Source of the DNA: Candidatus Poriferihabitaceae bacterium
Lineage (GTDB): Bacteria; Pseudomonadota; Gammaproteobacteria; Arenicellales; Poriferihabitantaceae
Reading direction: 5' to 3'
Length of the DNA stretch: 64,000 nucleotides
Assembly (NCBI GenBank): GCA_965243285.1
Contig: OZ251537.1
Location: 570,387 to 634,386, forward strand
Positions within the stretch are counted from its first letter, which is position 1. Every line of letters starts with the position of its first letter. A program made the position numbers and the translations under genes. Shown in pieces: positions 19,544 through 28,844 of the stretch. The notes under the pieces were generated by a model. It searched no databases and had not been told where the DNA came from. It saw only the letters and a program-made list of their open reading frames with translations.

Positions 19544-19590
19544 GGGCGTTATATACCTAAATCCGCACGCGCGGTTTGCTTTATCCGCAT
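19544..19590 (+). repeat. solo MITE left-end remnant
   Basis: GGGCGTTATATACCTAAATCCGCACGCGCGGTTTGCTTT resembles the left TIR plus the start of an arm. No partner end. Confidence 0.55.
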
Positions 19591-19768
19591 CGACTGCCCG
19601 GTCCGCATCACTAAAAATAAAACTTAAAAGATTAACTAAACCACCATGGCAACCCGACGGAAAACACCACCCCATTTAAGCGGATTTAAGCCAGCAACTC
19701 CCCTGAATTAAAGCATGCCAAATTTTTAACCACGCCATTGTTGCATCGACTTATATAACGCAAAAGAA

Positions 19769-19843
19769 TGGATTTATATATCTAAATCAGCCGCTGACCT
19801 CAAAAAAACGCCCATCGAACTGCAGATTTAGGACTATAAATCC
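19769..19843 (+). mobile_element. 75-bp minimal MITE derivative
   Basis: TGGATTTATATATCTAAATC joined directly to AGCCGCTGACCTCAAAAAAACGCCCATCGAACTGCAGATTTAGGACTATAAATCC. Flanked by identical GCAAAAGAA at 19760-19768 and 19844-19852. Confidence 0.8.
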
Positions 19844-20079
19844 GCAAAAGAACATGGTTTTAATCGACCGTGGCGATGCGGTTTTAAGCGGCGCTGCTGG
19901 GCGGTGATGGTTACGCCGGATGAAACGATGCCGATTTTTCGCTTGCCGGCTAGTGCCATGGCGGCCCAATCACATCGACCATCGCCATCATCGCCATTCA
20001 CCAACCCGGCATTTCCTGCGCCATTCGAAGCAGCGGCGGCATTATACAATACGCCGAGCCGCCGCTTAAATATCAGCCC

Positions 20080-20706
20080 ATGCCCGCCGCCGCCATCGAC
20101 CGCTACCTGCAACCCTTCGCTGGCCGTCGGGTTACGTTGCTCGGGCCGATGCTGACCGCGACGCCGCCGCGCCGCGCCCTCGAGGAACCGTTGATTTGGG
20201 TGGATGGCGGCGCCGACTTTTCGGCCGGACACGGCGGTTTGTCGGTGGGCGATGGCGATTCGGCGCGCCGCCCATTGCAACAACGCTTGCCGGCGAACAA
20301 AGATTATTCCGATTTGGCTTATGTGTTGCGGCGCTTGCCGGGGAATTTTCGCGAGGTAGTGTTGCTCGGTTTTCTCGGCGGGCGGCGCGACCATGAGCTC
20401 TTCAATTTCGGCGAAGTGCACCACTTTTTGGCCGCGAAAACGCACACCCAGGCGCGCTTCGAACGCGCCGCTTACGGCTATTCCCAAGGCGAGTGGCGCT
20501 TTTGCGCGCATGGCGTGTTCAGCCTGGCGACCTTTGCGGCGACCACGGCGACGCTGCTCGGGGCGTGCGAATTCCCCTTATCGACGCCCACCGAAATCCG
20601 GCCGCTCACTTCCTTAGGCTTGAGCAATCGCGGCTACGGCGACATCACCTTGCGCGCCCACGGGCCGGTTTTCATCTTCCACCCGAACGGCGCTTCGGCT
20701 GAATAA
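20080..20706 (+). CDS. thiamine pyrophosphokinase-like protein
   Basis: GDGDS, KDYSDL and GGRRDHE motifs in the order seen in TPK enzymes. Confidence 0.55.
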   Translation: MPAAAIDRYLQPFAGRRVTLLGPMLTATPPRRALEEPLIWVDGGADFSAGHGGLSVGDGDSARRPLQQRLPANKDYSDLAYVLRRLPGNFREVVLLGFLGGRRDHELFNFGEVHHFLAAKTHTQARFERAAYGYSQGEWRFCAHGVFSLATFAATTATLLGACEFPLSTPTEIRPLTSLGLSNRGYGDITLRAHGPVFIFHPNGASAE

Positions 20707-20761
20707 TTTGCCCCGCCCTGATTCGCTGCCGCCCTGATTCGCTGCCGTCTTGATTCGCGCC

Positions 20762-21652
20762 ATGCCCGATTTATTCGACTTCGCCGCCCCATCCAATCAC
20801 TTTGCGGTGCTGGGCAATCCGGTTGCGCACAGCCAATCGCCGCGCATCCACCAATTATTCGCCCAGCAGTTCGCCCTCGACCTCGACTATCGCCGCATCC
20901 AAGTCGATGTCGGCGGTTTTGCCCAGGCGGTCAGCCACTTTGCCGCCCACGGCGGCGCCGGGCTGAATATAACCCTGCCGTTCAAGGTGGAGGCGTGGCG
21001 GTTGTGCCGTCAGCCAGGCAACCAGATGAGCGACCGGGCCGGCCGCGCCGAGGCCGTCAATACATTGCGGTTCGCGCCCGACCAGAGCGTGTTCGGCGAC
21101 AACACCGATGGCATCGGCATGCGCCGCGACCTCGAAAACAACCTCGGCCTCGCCATCGCCGGCAAGCATGTGCTGCTGTTAGGCGCTGGCGGGGCGGCGC
21201 GTGGCGTGCTCGGGCCCTTGGCGCAGCGCCGCCCGGCCAGCCTGCGCATCGCCAATCGCACCGCCGATAAAGCGCAGGCGCTGGCGGCGCGCTTCAGCCT
21301 CGCCGGCGAACACGGCGACTCCCAGCCGGTGCGCGGCTACGGCTACCAGCGGCTCGCCGATGCGGCGCCCGACTGGCCGGCTTTTGACCTCGTCATCAAC
21401 GCCTCGGCCGCCAGTTTGGCCGGTGAACTGCCGGATTTGGGCGCCCTGCGCCTGGCCGCCGATAGCCTCGCCTATGATTTGATGTACGCCGCCGAGCCCA
21501 CCGTATTCATGCGCTGGGGGCAAGCCCATGGCGCGCGTTTGGTCAGCGACGGGCTGGGCATGTTAGTGGAGCAAGCGGCCGAGTCATTTAATCTATGGCA
21601 TGACCGACGCCCGGATTCGGCCGCGGTGATTCGCGCCTTGCGGGGCGTTTGA
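20762..21652 (+). CDS. aroE: shikimate dehydrogenase
   Basis: FAVLGNPVAHSQSPRIH, NITLPFK, NTDGIG and GAGGAARG motifs. Confidence 0.85.
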   Translation: MPDLFDFAAPSNHFAVLGNPVAHSQSPRIHQLFAQQFALDLDYRRIQVDVGGFAQAVSHFAAHGGAGLNITLPFKVEAWRLCRQPGNQMSDRAGRAEAVNTLRFAPDQSVFGDNTDGIGMRRDLENNLGLAIAGKHVLLLGAGGAARGVLGPLAQRRPASLRIANRTADKAQALAARFSLAGEHGDSQPVRGYGYQRLADAAPDWPAFDLVINASAASLAGELPDLGALRLAADSLAYDLMYAAEPTVFMRWGQAHGARLVSDGLGMLVEQAAESFNLWHDRRPDSAAVIRALRGV

Positions 21653-21706
21653 AATCCTGCCGGCATCGAAATCCCCCCTTATATCCTTCGAAAATTCGCG
21701 CAGCCC

Positions 21707-22678
21707 ATGTCGATTTCCTCGCCGACTTCCCGGCCGACCGCCCCATCGCGCCCGCGCGCCTTGGGCCGCCCGCTGCCGGGCAACGCCCTGGTCATCGCGA
21801 TTTCATCGCGCGCCTTGTTCGCCCTCGAAGACAGCCATGCGGTGTTCGAGAAACAAGGGCTGGCGGCGTACGCCCGCTATCAAATCGAGCATGAAAACGA
21901 ACCTTTGGCGGAAGGCGTGGCGTTTTCCATGGTCAAGAAATTTCTCGCCCTCAACGACGACCATCGGCAAGCGGTGGAGGTGGTGCTGATCTCGAAAAAC
22001 AGCGCCGACACCGGCCTGCGGGTGTTCAATTCCATCGCCCATTACGGCTTGAATATCAGCCGCGCCGCGTTCACCGGCGGCCAATCGCCCTACCCCTACG
22101 CGCGCCCCTTCGGCGCCGATTTATTTTTGTCCGCCGACCAGCAGGATGTGGCGCGCGCTTTGGAATCCGGCATCGCCGCCGCCACCATCTTGCCGTCGCG
22201 GGTGGACGCCGCCGCCTCGCCGCAGCTGAAAATCGCCTTCGACGGCGACGCGGTGCTGTTTTCCGATGAGGCCGAGCAAGTTTTTCAGCGCCACGGTCTG
22301 CAAGCCTTCTCCGACACCGAAAAAAACGCCGCCGAGCGCCCGCTGTCCAGCGGCCCGTTCAAAAATGTACTCAACGCCTTGCACCTCATCCAGCAAAACT
22401 ACGCCGCCGAAGAATCCCCGCTTCGAACCGCCTTGATCACCGCCCGCTCGGCCCCGGCGCACGAACGCGTCATCAAAACCCTACGCGCCTGGGATATCCG
22501 CATCGACGAAAGCTACTTCTTAGGCGGCATGGACAAAGGCGAATTCCTACGTGCCTTCGGCGCCGACATTTATTTCGACGACCACCGCGGCCACTGCGAC
22601 TCAGCCCGCCAACATGTACCCACCGCCCATGTCCCGCACGGCATCGTCAATGAAAAAGATTCCGCCGACAAGGTCTAA
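21707..22678 (+). CDS. 5'-nucleotidase-like HAD-type protein
   Basis: Recalled similarity to the bacterial 5'-nucleotidase family (IAISSRALF..., KIAFDGDAVLFSDEAE DxD-type motif). Not verified by search. Confidence 0.5.
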   Translation: MSISSPTSRPTAPSRPRALGRPLPGNALVIAISSRALFALEDSHAVFEKQGLAAYARYQIEHENEPLAEGVAFSMVKKFLALNDDHRQAVEVVLISKNSADTGLRVFNSIAHYGLNISRAAFTGGQSPYPYARPFGADLFLSADQQDVARALESGIAAATILPSRVDAAASPQLKIAFDGDAVLFSDEAEQVFQRHGLQAFSDTEKNAAERPLSSGPFKNVLNALHLIQQNYAAEESPLRTALITARSAPAHERVIKTLRAWDIRIDESYFLGGMDKGEFLRAFGADIYFDDHRGHCDSARQHVPTAHVPHGIVNEKDSADKV

Positions 22679-22752
22679 AATATTGGGTATAATCGCGCCA
22701 TCGACGATATGCTGATTGCATCCAATTCAACCAAAACATCGAGACCACCGCC

Positions 22753-23488
22753 ATGACATCGCAAAACCAAAACCTCAGAAAAGCGAAAAAAGCCAAAAGT
22801 GATGAGTTTTATACTCAACTCGCTGATATTTAAAAAGAATTAAATCACTATGAAAGTCACTTTGCCGGCAAGGTGGTGTATTGCAATTGCGACGACCCCG
22901 CGCGAGTAAATTTTTTCATTATTTTTCATACAACTTTGAACATTTGAAACTTAAAAAACTGGTTACGACCTGCTATAAAAGCCAACATCGTGATTTATTA
23001 AGTAAGCATGATTCAGAAAAAGCAATTTACTTGCACTATGATGGATTTAAGAAAGGGGAAGTGGTGCCAGACCCAGAGGATATTGGCATAAACCATTTGG
23101 AAAGCGACGGCGACTTCCGCAGTGATGAATGTATCGAGTTGTTAAAACAAGTCGATATTGTGGTTACTAACCCGCCGTTTTCACTGTTCCGCGAATATGT
23201 CGCCCAGCTGATTGAACATAATAAAAAATTTCTAATTATAGGAAATATGAATGCTGTAACCTATAAGGAAATTTTTAATTTAATTAAACAAAATAAATGC
23301 TGGTTCGGGCCGAGTATCCACAGTGGGGATAGAGAATTTGGAGTTCCCAATGAGTACCCGCTAAACGCCGCCAATAGTAGGGTTGATGATAATGGCAACA
23401 AATACATTAGAGTCAAAGGAGTTCGTTGGTTTACAAATTTAGACTATAAAGAGCGCCACGAAAATTTATTCCTTTATAAAAAAAGTAA
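22753..23488 (+). pseudogene. N-terminal ~245 codons of an M.EcoRI-family N6-adenine DNA methyltransferase (nonsense + frameshift + truncation)
   Basis: MTSQNQNLRKAKKAKSDEFYTQLADI-TAA(22831)-KELNHYESHFAGKVVYCNCDDPARVNFF, frame change in the T6 run 22911-22916, then HYFSYNFEHLKLKKLVTTCY...DIVVTNPPFSLFREY...WFTNLD...LFLYKK. Collinear with M.EcoRI (AKKSKSDEFYTQ..VVYCNCDDPRVSNFFKYFAVNF..GLKKLIASCY..IVVTNPPFSLFREY). Fused to MITE sequence at 23489. Confidence 0.85.
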
Positions 23489-23617
23489 GGGGGAGTAAAA
23501 CGTTAAAAGCAAAAGCAAAAGCCCAAAAGCAAAAACAAAAATCAACCGCAACCCCCTAACTCAGCCGCTGACCTCAAAAACCGCCAATCTAACTGCAGAT
23601 TTAGGTATATAAATCCC
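23489..23617 (+). mobile_element. MITE half-copy (right arm with right TIR)
   Basis: Starts GGGGGAGTAAAACGTTAAAAGC and ends ...CTCAGCCGCTGACCTCAAAAACCGCCAATCTAACTGCAGATTTAGGTATATAAATCCC. The outer flank at 23618-23625 is CTTAATTT. Confidence 0.85.
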
Positions 23618-23817
23618 CTTAATTTCATTGTGCCGTTGCACATCTGATGCAGATGAGGAACTTATTTATGAAAAAGCACGGTTAATTTTTGATAACAATC
23701 ATTTTGCCGAGATAAAAAAACTTAAAATAAAACATCATTTTAACGGCTGGTTTTGTGTCTTCCAAGTCGGTCTATGAACAACCCGCTCATCCATCCACCC
23801 GACCAGGCTATAAAAAC

Positions 23818-24369
23818 ATGACCGATATAAGAATCGCGCTGCGCTGGTTGCTGGCCTTGTGCTTGTTTCGGGCAAAACCTCAAGACGCGCCGGCGGCGGC
23901 GGCGTGGTTGGCGGCCGGAGTGGCGGTGTCGTGGCTGGGGTTTGCGGTAGGTGATGCGTTGTTGTCCAGCGCTATGAATGTGGTGGTGCTGGCGACGGCG
24001 CAGACCGCATTGCTGGGCGGCGGGTGGTGGGTGGTGTTGGCGCTGTCTAAAAAAGGTACGCGCTGGCTGCAGTCGGCGACGGCGTTATTCGGGGCGTGCG
24101 CGTTGACGCATGTTTTTGCGGTGCCGGTGATTGAGTGGATTTCGCGCAGCGCGCAGCCGCTGGAGCTGTTATCCGCCGGGGTGTTGTTGTTGGCGGTGCG
24201 ATTGTGGTTTTTCGCCATCATCGTGCATATTATGAAAGATACTTTGGAAATTTCCACCGGGCGCGCCATCGTAACCGCGCTGGCGTTGCATCTTTTTATC
24301 GGCTTGGCGCTGCTTTCTGTGTTCATCAACCCGGGGGACATCAGCCCGGGGGACATCAGCGGCGGTTGA
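23818..24369 (+). CDS. hypothetical multi-pass membrane protein
   Basis: About 183 aa from MTDIRIAL with 4-5 hydrophobic helices and a C-terminal NPGDISPGDISGG duplication. No recognisable family. Confidence 0.45.
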   Translation: MTDIRIALRWLLALCLFRAKPQDAPAAAAWLAAGVAVSWLGFAVGDALLSSAMNVVVLATAQTALLGGGWWVVLALSKKGTRWLQSATALFGACALTHVFAVPVIEWISRSAQPLELLSAGVLLLAVRLWFFAIIVHIMKDTLEISTGRAIVTALALHLFIGLALLSVFINPGDISPGDISGG

Positions 24370-24545
24370 TTTGGCTGTTGCTGTTAAGGCTTTGCTCCAC
24401 CCTATCTTTTTAGGGGGGAGCCAAAACTGGCGGCTTCATCGCCAGTTTTGGTGGGGGGTGCTTTTGATTTAGCTTTTGATTTGGCTTTTGATTTAGCTTT
24501 TGGCTTTCGCTTTCGCTTTTGACTTTTCGCTTTTGATTTAAAATG
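24370..24545. repeat. TIR-less cluster of MITE-type modules (hairpin + GCTTTT arm)
   Basis: GCTCCACCCTATCTTTTTAGGGGGGAGCCAAAACTGGCGGCTTCATCGCCAGTTTTGGTGGGGGG followed by GCTTTTGATTT-type repeats. Confidence 0.75.
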
Positions 24546-24568
24546 TTTTGCCAGGGCTATTTTGGGCT

Positions 24569-25390
24569 TCAATCGTTGTCGTGTAGCCCGGCGCCGGCGC
24601 CGCTTAGGCGGGATTCTGCGCTTGCTTCCACATAGGTCAGATGAGCGTATTGCTCCAAGCGCCGCCACACATCGGCCTCGACGCCGATGGCGTGCTGCGC
24701 GCCGGCTGATTCCGACCTCGCGCCTGTTTTCGCGGCAACATTGGCGGCCGCGCCGGCGGCGCCGGCATGTTGCCAACAGCGCATGCCCACCGCGGTTTCG
24801 ATGTTCACATCGCGGCGCGCGCCGTGTATTTGCGCGCCGCCGCCGCGGTAATGCACGCGCACCCGCGGCCAAGCGAGCGTTAACTCGAGGTCTTCGCTAG
24901 CTGCGGCCAGACCGACAAACCCCGCCACCAGCAAGGGATAGGCGATTTCGCCGATTTCAGCGAGTTCGACGCCAGATTCGGTGCCAGGGTCGATGCCAGA
25001 TTCGGTGGGATGGTCGATGCCAGATTCGGTGCCATGGTCGGTGCCATGGTCGGTGCCAGGACCAGTGAAATGGTCGACGGCGCCATCTACATCGGGCCGC
25101 GCCAGGCAGTCGCTCAATGCGGCTCCTACCGCCAGCGGGTTGGTCACGCCGCCGCGGCCGCGCCACACCCCGCGCCACTGCGCCGGGGCGGTGGCCACAT
25201 AGCCGCGCTCGCGGTACTCATCCAGCCAATTCACCAGCGCCGCGGCGCCGTCCAAGCCATGGTCGCACAGCCACCGCACCGCGTATCCGGCGTCATCCGC
25301 CAGCCCCCAGGGCAGCCCGGCGCCGCGCGTCGCCTTGCGCGCCGTGTGCTGAATTTGGTTGCGCGAACAGGGTATGGATGGGGTGGTCAT
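24569..25390 (-). CDS. DUF3726-like protein with internal 12-nt tandem repeat
   Basis: The N-terminus ...ARKATRGAGLPWGLADDAGYAVRWLCDHGLDG matches my recollection of the DUF3726 N-terminal motif (unverified). Central GTDHGTDHGTESGIDHPTESGIDPGTESG repeat. Confidence 0.5.
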   Translation of the reverse strand: MTTPSIPCSRNQIQHTARKATRGAGLPWGLADDAGYAVRWLCDHGLDGAAALVNWLDEYRERGYVATAPAQWRGVWRGRGGVTNPLAVGAALSDCLARPDVDGAVDHFTGPGTDHGTDHGTESGIDHPTESGIDPGTESGVELAEIGEIAYPLLVAGFVGLAAASEDLELTLAWPRVRVHYRGGGAQIHGARRDVNIETAVGMRCWQHAGAAGAAANVAAKTGARSESAGAQHAIGVEADVWRRLEQYAHLTYVEASAESRLSGAGAGLHDND

Positions 25391-25401
25391 GGCGGCTCAT
25401 G

Positions 25402-25935
25402 TTAAAGAAAAAGCGAAAAGCAACAGCAAAATCGACATTAAAAGCAACATCAAAATCAACAACCAAAGCGAAGTCTAAAGCGAAATCTAAAGCTAAGTCT
25501 AAAGCGAAATCTAAAGCTAAGTCAAAAGCGAAAAGCAACAGCCCCCCACCAAATCAGCCCGAGTCTATCGGCTCGGGCTGATTTGACTCCCCCCAGATGA
25601 AGCGGGGGAGTAAAACAAAAGCCAAAGCCAAAAGCGAAAAGAAAAATTAAAAGCAACAGCAACAGCAACATCAACATCAAAAGCAACCCCTCCCCACCAA
25701 AACTGGCTAAAAGACGCCAGTTTTGACTCCCCGCCCAGCGGGGAGTCAAGAAAAAGCCCAAAAGCGAAAATCAAAATCAAAAACGAAAGCACCCCCCACC
25801 AAAACTGGCGATGAAACCGCCAGTTTTGGCTCCCCCCTAAAAAGATAGGGTGGAACAAAGCCTTGAACAGCCACAGCAAAAGCGAAAGCAAAAGCCAAAA
25901 ACCAAAATCAACAGCCAAAGCAAAAAACCAAAATC
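25402..25935. repeat. cluster of MITE-type modules (several hairpins, AAAAGC arms), no TIR
   Basis: At least three G6/C6-flanked hairpins (25545-25590, 25677-25725, 25793-25835) embedded in AAAAGC-type microsatellite. Confidence 0.75.
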
Positions 25936-25939
25936 AAAG

Positions 25940-26045
25940 GCCACCAAATTTACTGCCCATCGGCCCGAATCCGACTCGAATCCGGCCAAATTCCCCCGAA
26001 TCCGGCCTGAATCCACCCAAATCCACCCAAATCTGCCTAACTCCG
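25940..26045. repeat. phased A/T-tract array
   Basis: CCGAATCCGACTCGAATCCGGCCAAATTCCCCCGAATCCGGCCTGAATCCACCCAAATCCACCCAAATCTGCC. Confidence 0.65.
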
Positions 26046-26054
26046 TGGCCGTAT

Positions 26055-27767
26055 TTAGCTGACCTCCGCCAGTGGGGGATAAATCCAGTCGTCGGCCGGC
26101 ATGGTGGCGAGTTCGTCGGGGAATGGGGCCTGCTGATACATGGTGATGCGGACCCAGCGGTCGGATTTTGGGTCGAATTGGGTGGCGCCGAAAAAGGCCA
26201 ATTTGCAGCGCAGCAAGTCCACCGGCCGCAGTTGAGCGGAAATCAGGTTGTCGCGGATTTCGGCGTAGGGCAGGCGCGCCGCCAGTTGGGCGCGGCGTAC
26301 GGCGTGGCGGTGGCATGGATGGGCGAGCAGGAATTCGGCCACCGATTGCGCCGCCGGGCAGGCCGCTAAGGCTTCCGCCAGGGCGACTACATCGCGGGCG
26401 AAGGCGAGCGGCAATTCTTGCTCGGCGCCGGGCTCGGCGAAACGCTCGCCGAGGCGCGGTTCGAGTTTTTCCTCCGACACATACCAAAAACGCGCGCACT
26501 GCGCCGCCTCCGCGAAATCCACGCCGCGCGCCCAGCGGTAGTCGGCCTCGATGGCGCGCCGCAACTCGCCCACGCGTTGCGCGCCGCGAATGCGCCAGTG
26601 GCGGCTCTCGTCCACCGCCATGGCGTCGGCGAGGTCATCCACCAAATCACCGTGCGGCTCCAACGCCAAGGTCACCACCATTTCTTGGCCTTCCAGCGAC
26701 AGCGCGGATTCCGACCAGCGCAGCAGCTCATCCCATGGCGCGCGGCGCCGCAAGGCTTGCGCCTGCACGCGGCCTTGCAGTTGCGCCAGGTCGATTTTCA
26801 ATTCCTCGATTCGCTGCTGTTGGATGCGGTCGGCGGTGCGCCACCGGCTCACGGCGTGTTGCGCGCGCGCCAAAAATTCACCGAACTGGCGGCGGCTTTG
26901 CGCGCTGCTAGCGGCCTGTGCGCGCACCCGCGCTAACGCCGTCTCGCGCGCGTGCATCCAGCGATGCAGCAGCGCCGGGTGGTGCACTAAAAACGGCGCC
27001 ATGCCGAGCCCGGTGGCGTTGCCCACGCCCAGTCGCCGCGCCAGGCCGCGCTGCAGTTTTACCGCGCGCTCGGGGGCGGCGAGTTGCGCCAGATGCTCGA
27101 CTATATCGAGGGTAAACCAGCGAATCAGCCATACCGTGAGCAATTCGACGCGAAACGGGGCGCTGAATTCGGCGCGCTCGGCGATGCGCTCGCGGTCGCT
27201 CAGCCCGAATTTGCCGTTGCCGTATACCGCCGTGGTGCGCATCAGATAGCCGCTGGCATCCAGCCGCTGGCGACACGGCTGACGGCCGCTGGCGAGTTGC
27301 GCGACCACATAATCGAACAGCCGCACGCTGCGGTTGGCGCGCGATAAAACCAACTCGGTGGGGTGATATTGGCCGCCCTCTTGGCGCGGCACATGCCGAC
27401 CTAAACGGGTGATTTCATCCGCGTCGGGAATGCCGTCGTAGAGCGCGAAGGTGGCGTCCCAGGCTTGCGCGATGACGCGGTCGGAGCGCTGCTCGGGCGG
27501 CAAATCATGCGCAAAACACAGCAGCGTATAGCAGCGCCGCGGGCCATGGGCGCGATACTGGGCGAGCCCGGCGCCGCGCCCATCTACCTGCCAGGCGACG
27601 CGCTCGAAGCGCCAGTGCTCGTGCTTGACGGCGCGCATCAGGGCGCGCATAAAACTCAAGCGGGTTTGATGGAAGCAGCCCATGCGCGCCAGCCGCATCA
27701 CCTGACTCGGCGGGCGCAGCGCCAGGGCGGGCGGATTCATCGGCGCCGCGGGCTTGAAATCCGGCAT
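26055..27767 (-). CDS. conserved-looking hypothetical protein (570 aa), function unknown
   Basis: Long ORF with normal amino-acid composition for this GC content. The opposite or overlapping ORFs are Arg/Pro-rich shadows. No motif I can assign. Confidence 0.6.
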   Translation of the reverse strand: MPDFKPAAPMNPPALALRPPSQVMRLARMGCFHQTRLSFMRALMRAVKHEHWRFERVAWQVDGRGAGLAQYRAHGPRRCYTLLCFAHDLPPEQRSDRVIAQAWDATFALYDGIPDADEITRLGRHVPRQEGGQYHPTELVLSRANRSVRLFDYVVAQLASGRQPCRQRLDASGYLMRTTAVYGNGKFGLSDRERIAERAEFSAPFRVELLTVWLIRWFTLDIVEHLAQLAAPERAVKLQRGLARRLGVGNATGLGMAPFLVHHPALLHRWMHARETALARVRAQAASSAQSRRQFGEFLARAQHAVSRWRTADRIQQQRIEELKIDLAQLQGRVQAQALRRRAPWDELLRWSESALSLEGQEMVVTLALEPHGDLVDDLADAMAVDESRHWRIRGAQRVGELRRAIEADYRWARGVDFAEAAQCARFWYVSEEKLEPRLGERFAEPGAEQELPLAFARDVVALAEALAACPAAQSVAEFLLAHPCHRHAVRRAQLAARLPYAEIRDNLISAQLRPVDLLRCKLAFFGATQFDPKSDRWVRITMYQQAPFPDELATMPADDWIYPPLAEVS

Positions 27768-27844
27768 CGGCTAACGAGCATGAGGAAATGATTCCATGCC
27801 GATTAACCGAATCGGCGCGGTGCGAGGGGGGCGCGAAGATGACG

Positions 27845-28168
<324 letters not shown>

Positions 28169-28306
28169 TTTCGCCTTTGAGTCTTCACTCCCCCCCTGCT
28201 TTTTTCGAGGGGGAGTGAAACGTTAAAAGCCAAAGCCAAAGCCAACATCACCCCCACCGAGTAGCAACCTCTGCTGGGGATTTAGGTATAGGCCTGCCAA
28301 ATTAAA

Positions 28307-28665
28307 AGTGGGAGCCGGCCGATAAGCCGGGTTCTGTCGAGGACAGTCATTCATCTGCGGCATTCGTCGCCGAATGCCTCGAGCGACCTACCCGGACCCG
28401 TAGACGAGGGCGGCGCCGTGGGTCCCTATTCGGTCTTGCTCCAGGCGGGGTTTGCCATGCCGCCGCTGTTGCCAGCGACGCGGTGCGCTCTTACCGCACC
28501 ATTTCACCCTTACCCCCACCTTGTCGACTCGGGGCGGTATATTTTCTGTGGCACTTTCCGTCGGCTCGCGCCGCCCAGGAATTACCTGGCACCTTGCCCA
28601 ATGGAGCCCGGACTTTCCTCCTCGTTAGGCGTGGCCTAACGAAGCGACTGCCTGGCCGACTCCCG
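28307..28665 (-). ncRNA. rnpB: RNase P RNA, bacterial type A
   Basis: The reverse complement contains GGAGGAAAGTCCGGGCTCCATTGGGCAAGGTGCCAGGTAA, ...GGGTAAGGGTGAAATGGTGCGGTAAGAGCGCACC, ...ACAGAACCCGGCTTATCGGCCGGCTCCC. It is collinear with E. coli M1 RNA, including P1 pairing of GGGAGTCGGCC with GGCCGGCTCCC. Confidence 0.92.
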
Positions 28666-28703
28666 CGCCGAGCATACCACACCGCCGCGGCATCGATTAA
28701 GCC

Positions 28704-28733
28704 AAAAAAAAGGGCGATCGGTGAAGATCGCCC
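28704..28733 (-). terminator. rho-independent terminator downstream of the DUF1127 gene
   Basis: On the minus strand: GGGCGATC-TTCACC-GATCGCCC followed by T8. Confidence 0.6.
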
Positions 28734-28844
28734 GAAACACCAACGGAGGAATAAACTGGTAAATCCTGACTGAATAACCTGCTTGAGCGCTCCCTTTTTG
28801 GATAAAATCAGGCAATCAACAAACGGGCTTCAGCCGGCGGCTGG

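Noticed and set aside
19834-20511. 225-aa minus-strand ORF opposite the thiamine pyrophosphokinase-like gene
   Set aside because: No motifs and Arg/Ala-rich composition, while the plus-strand ORF carries the GDGDS/KDYSDL/GGRRDHE pattern.
28418-28773. ORFs 28418-28639, 28483-28773 and 28491-28682
   Set aside because: They lie entirely within or over the RNase P RNA gene.
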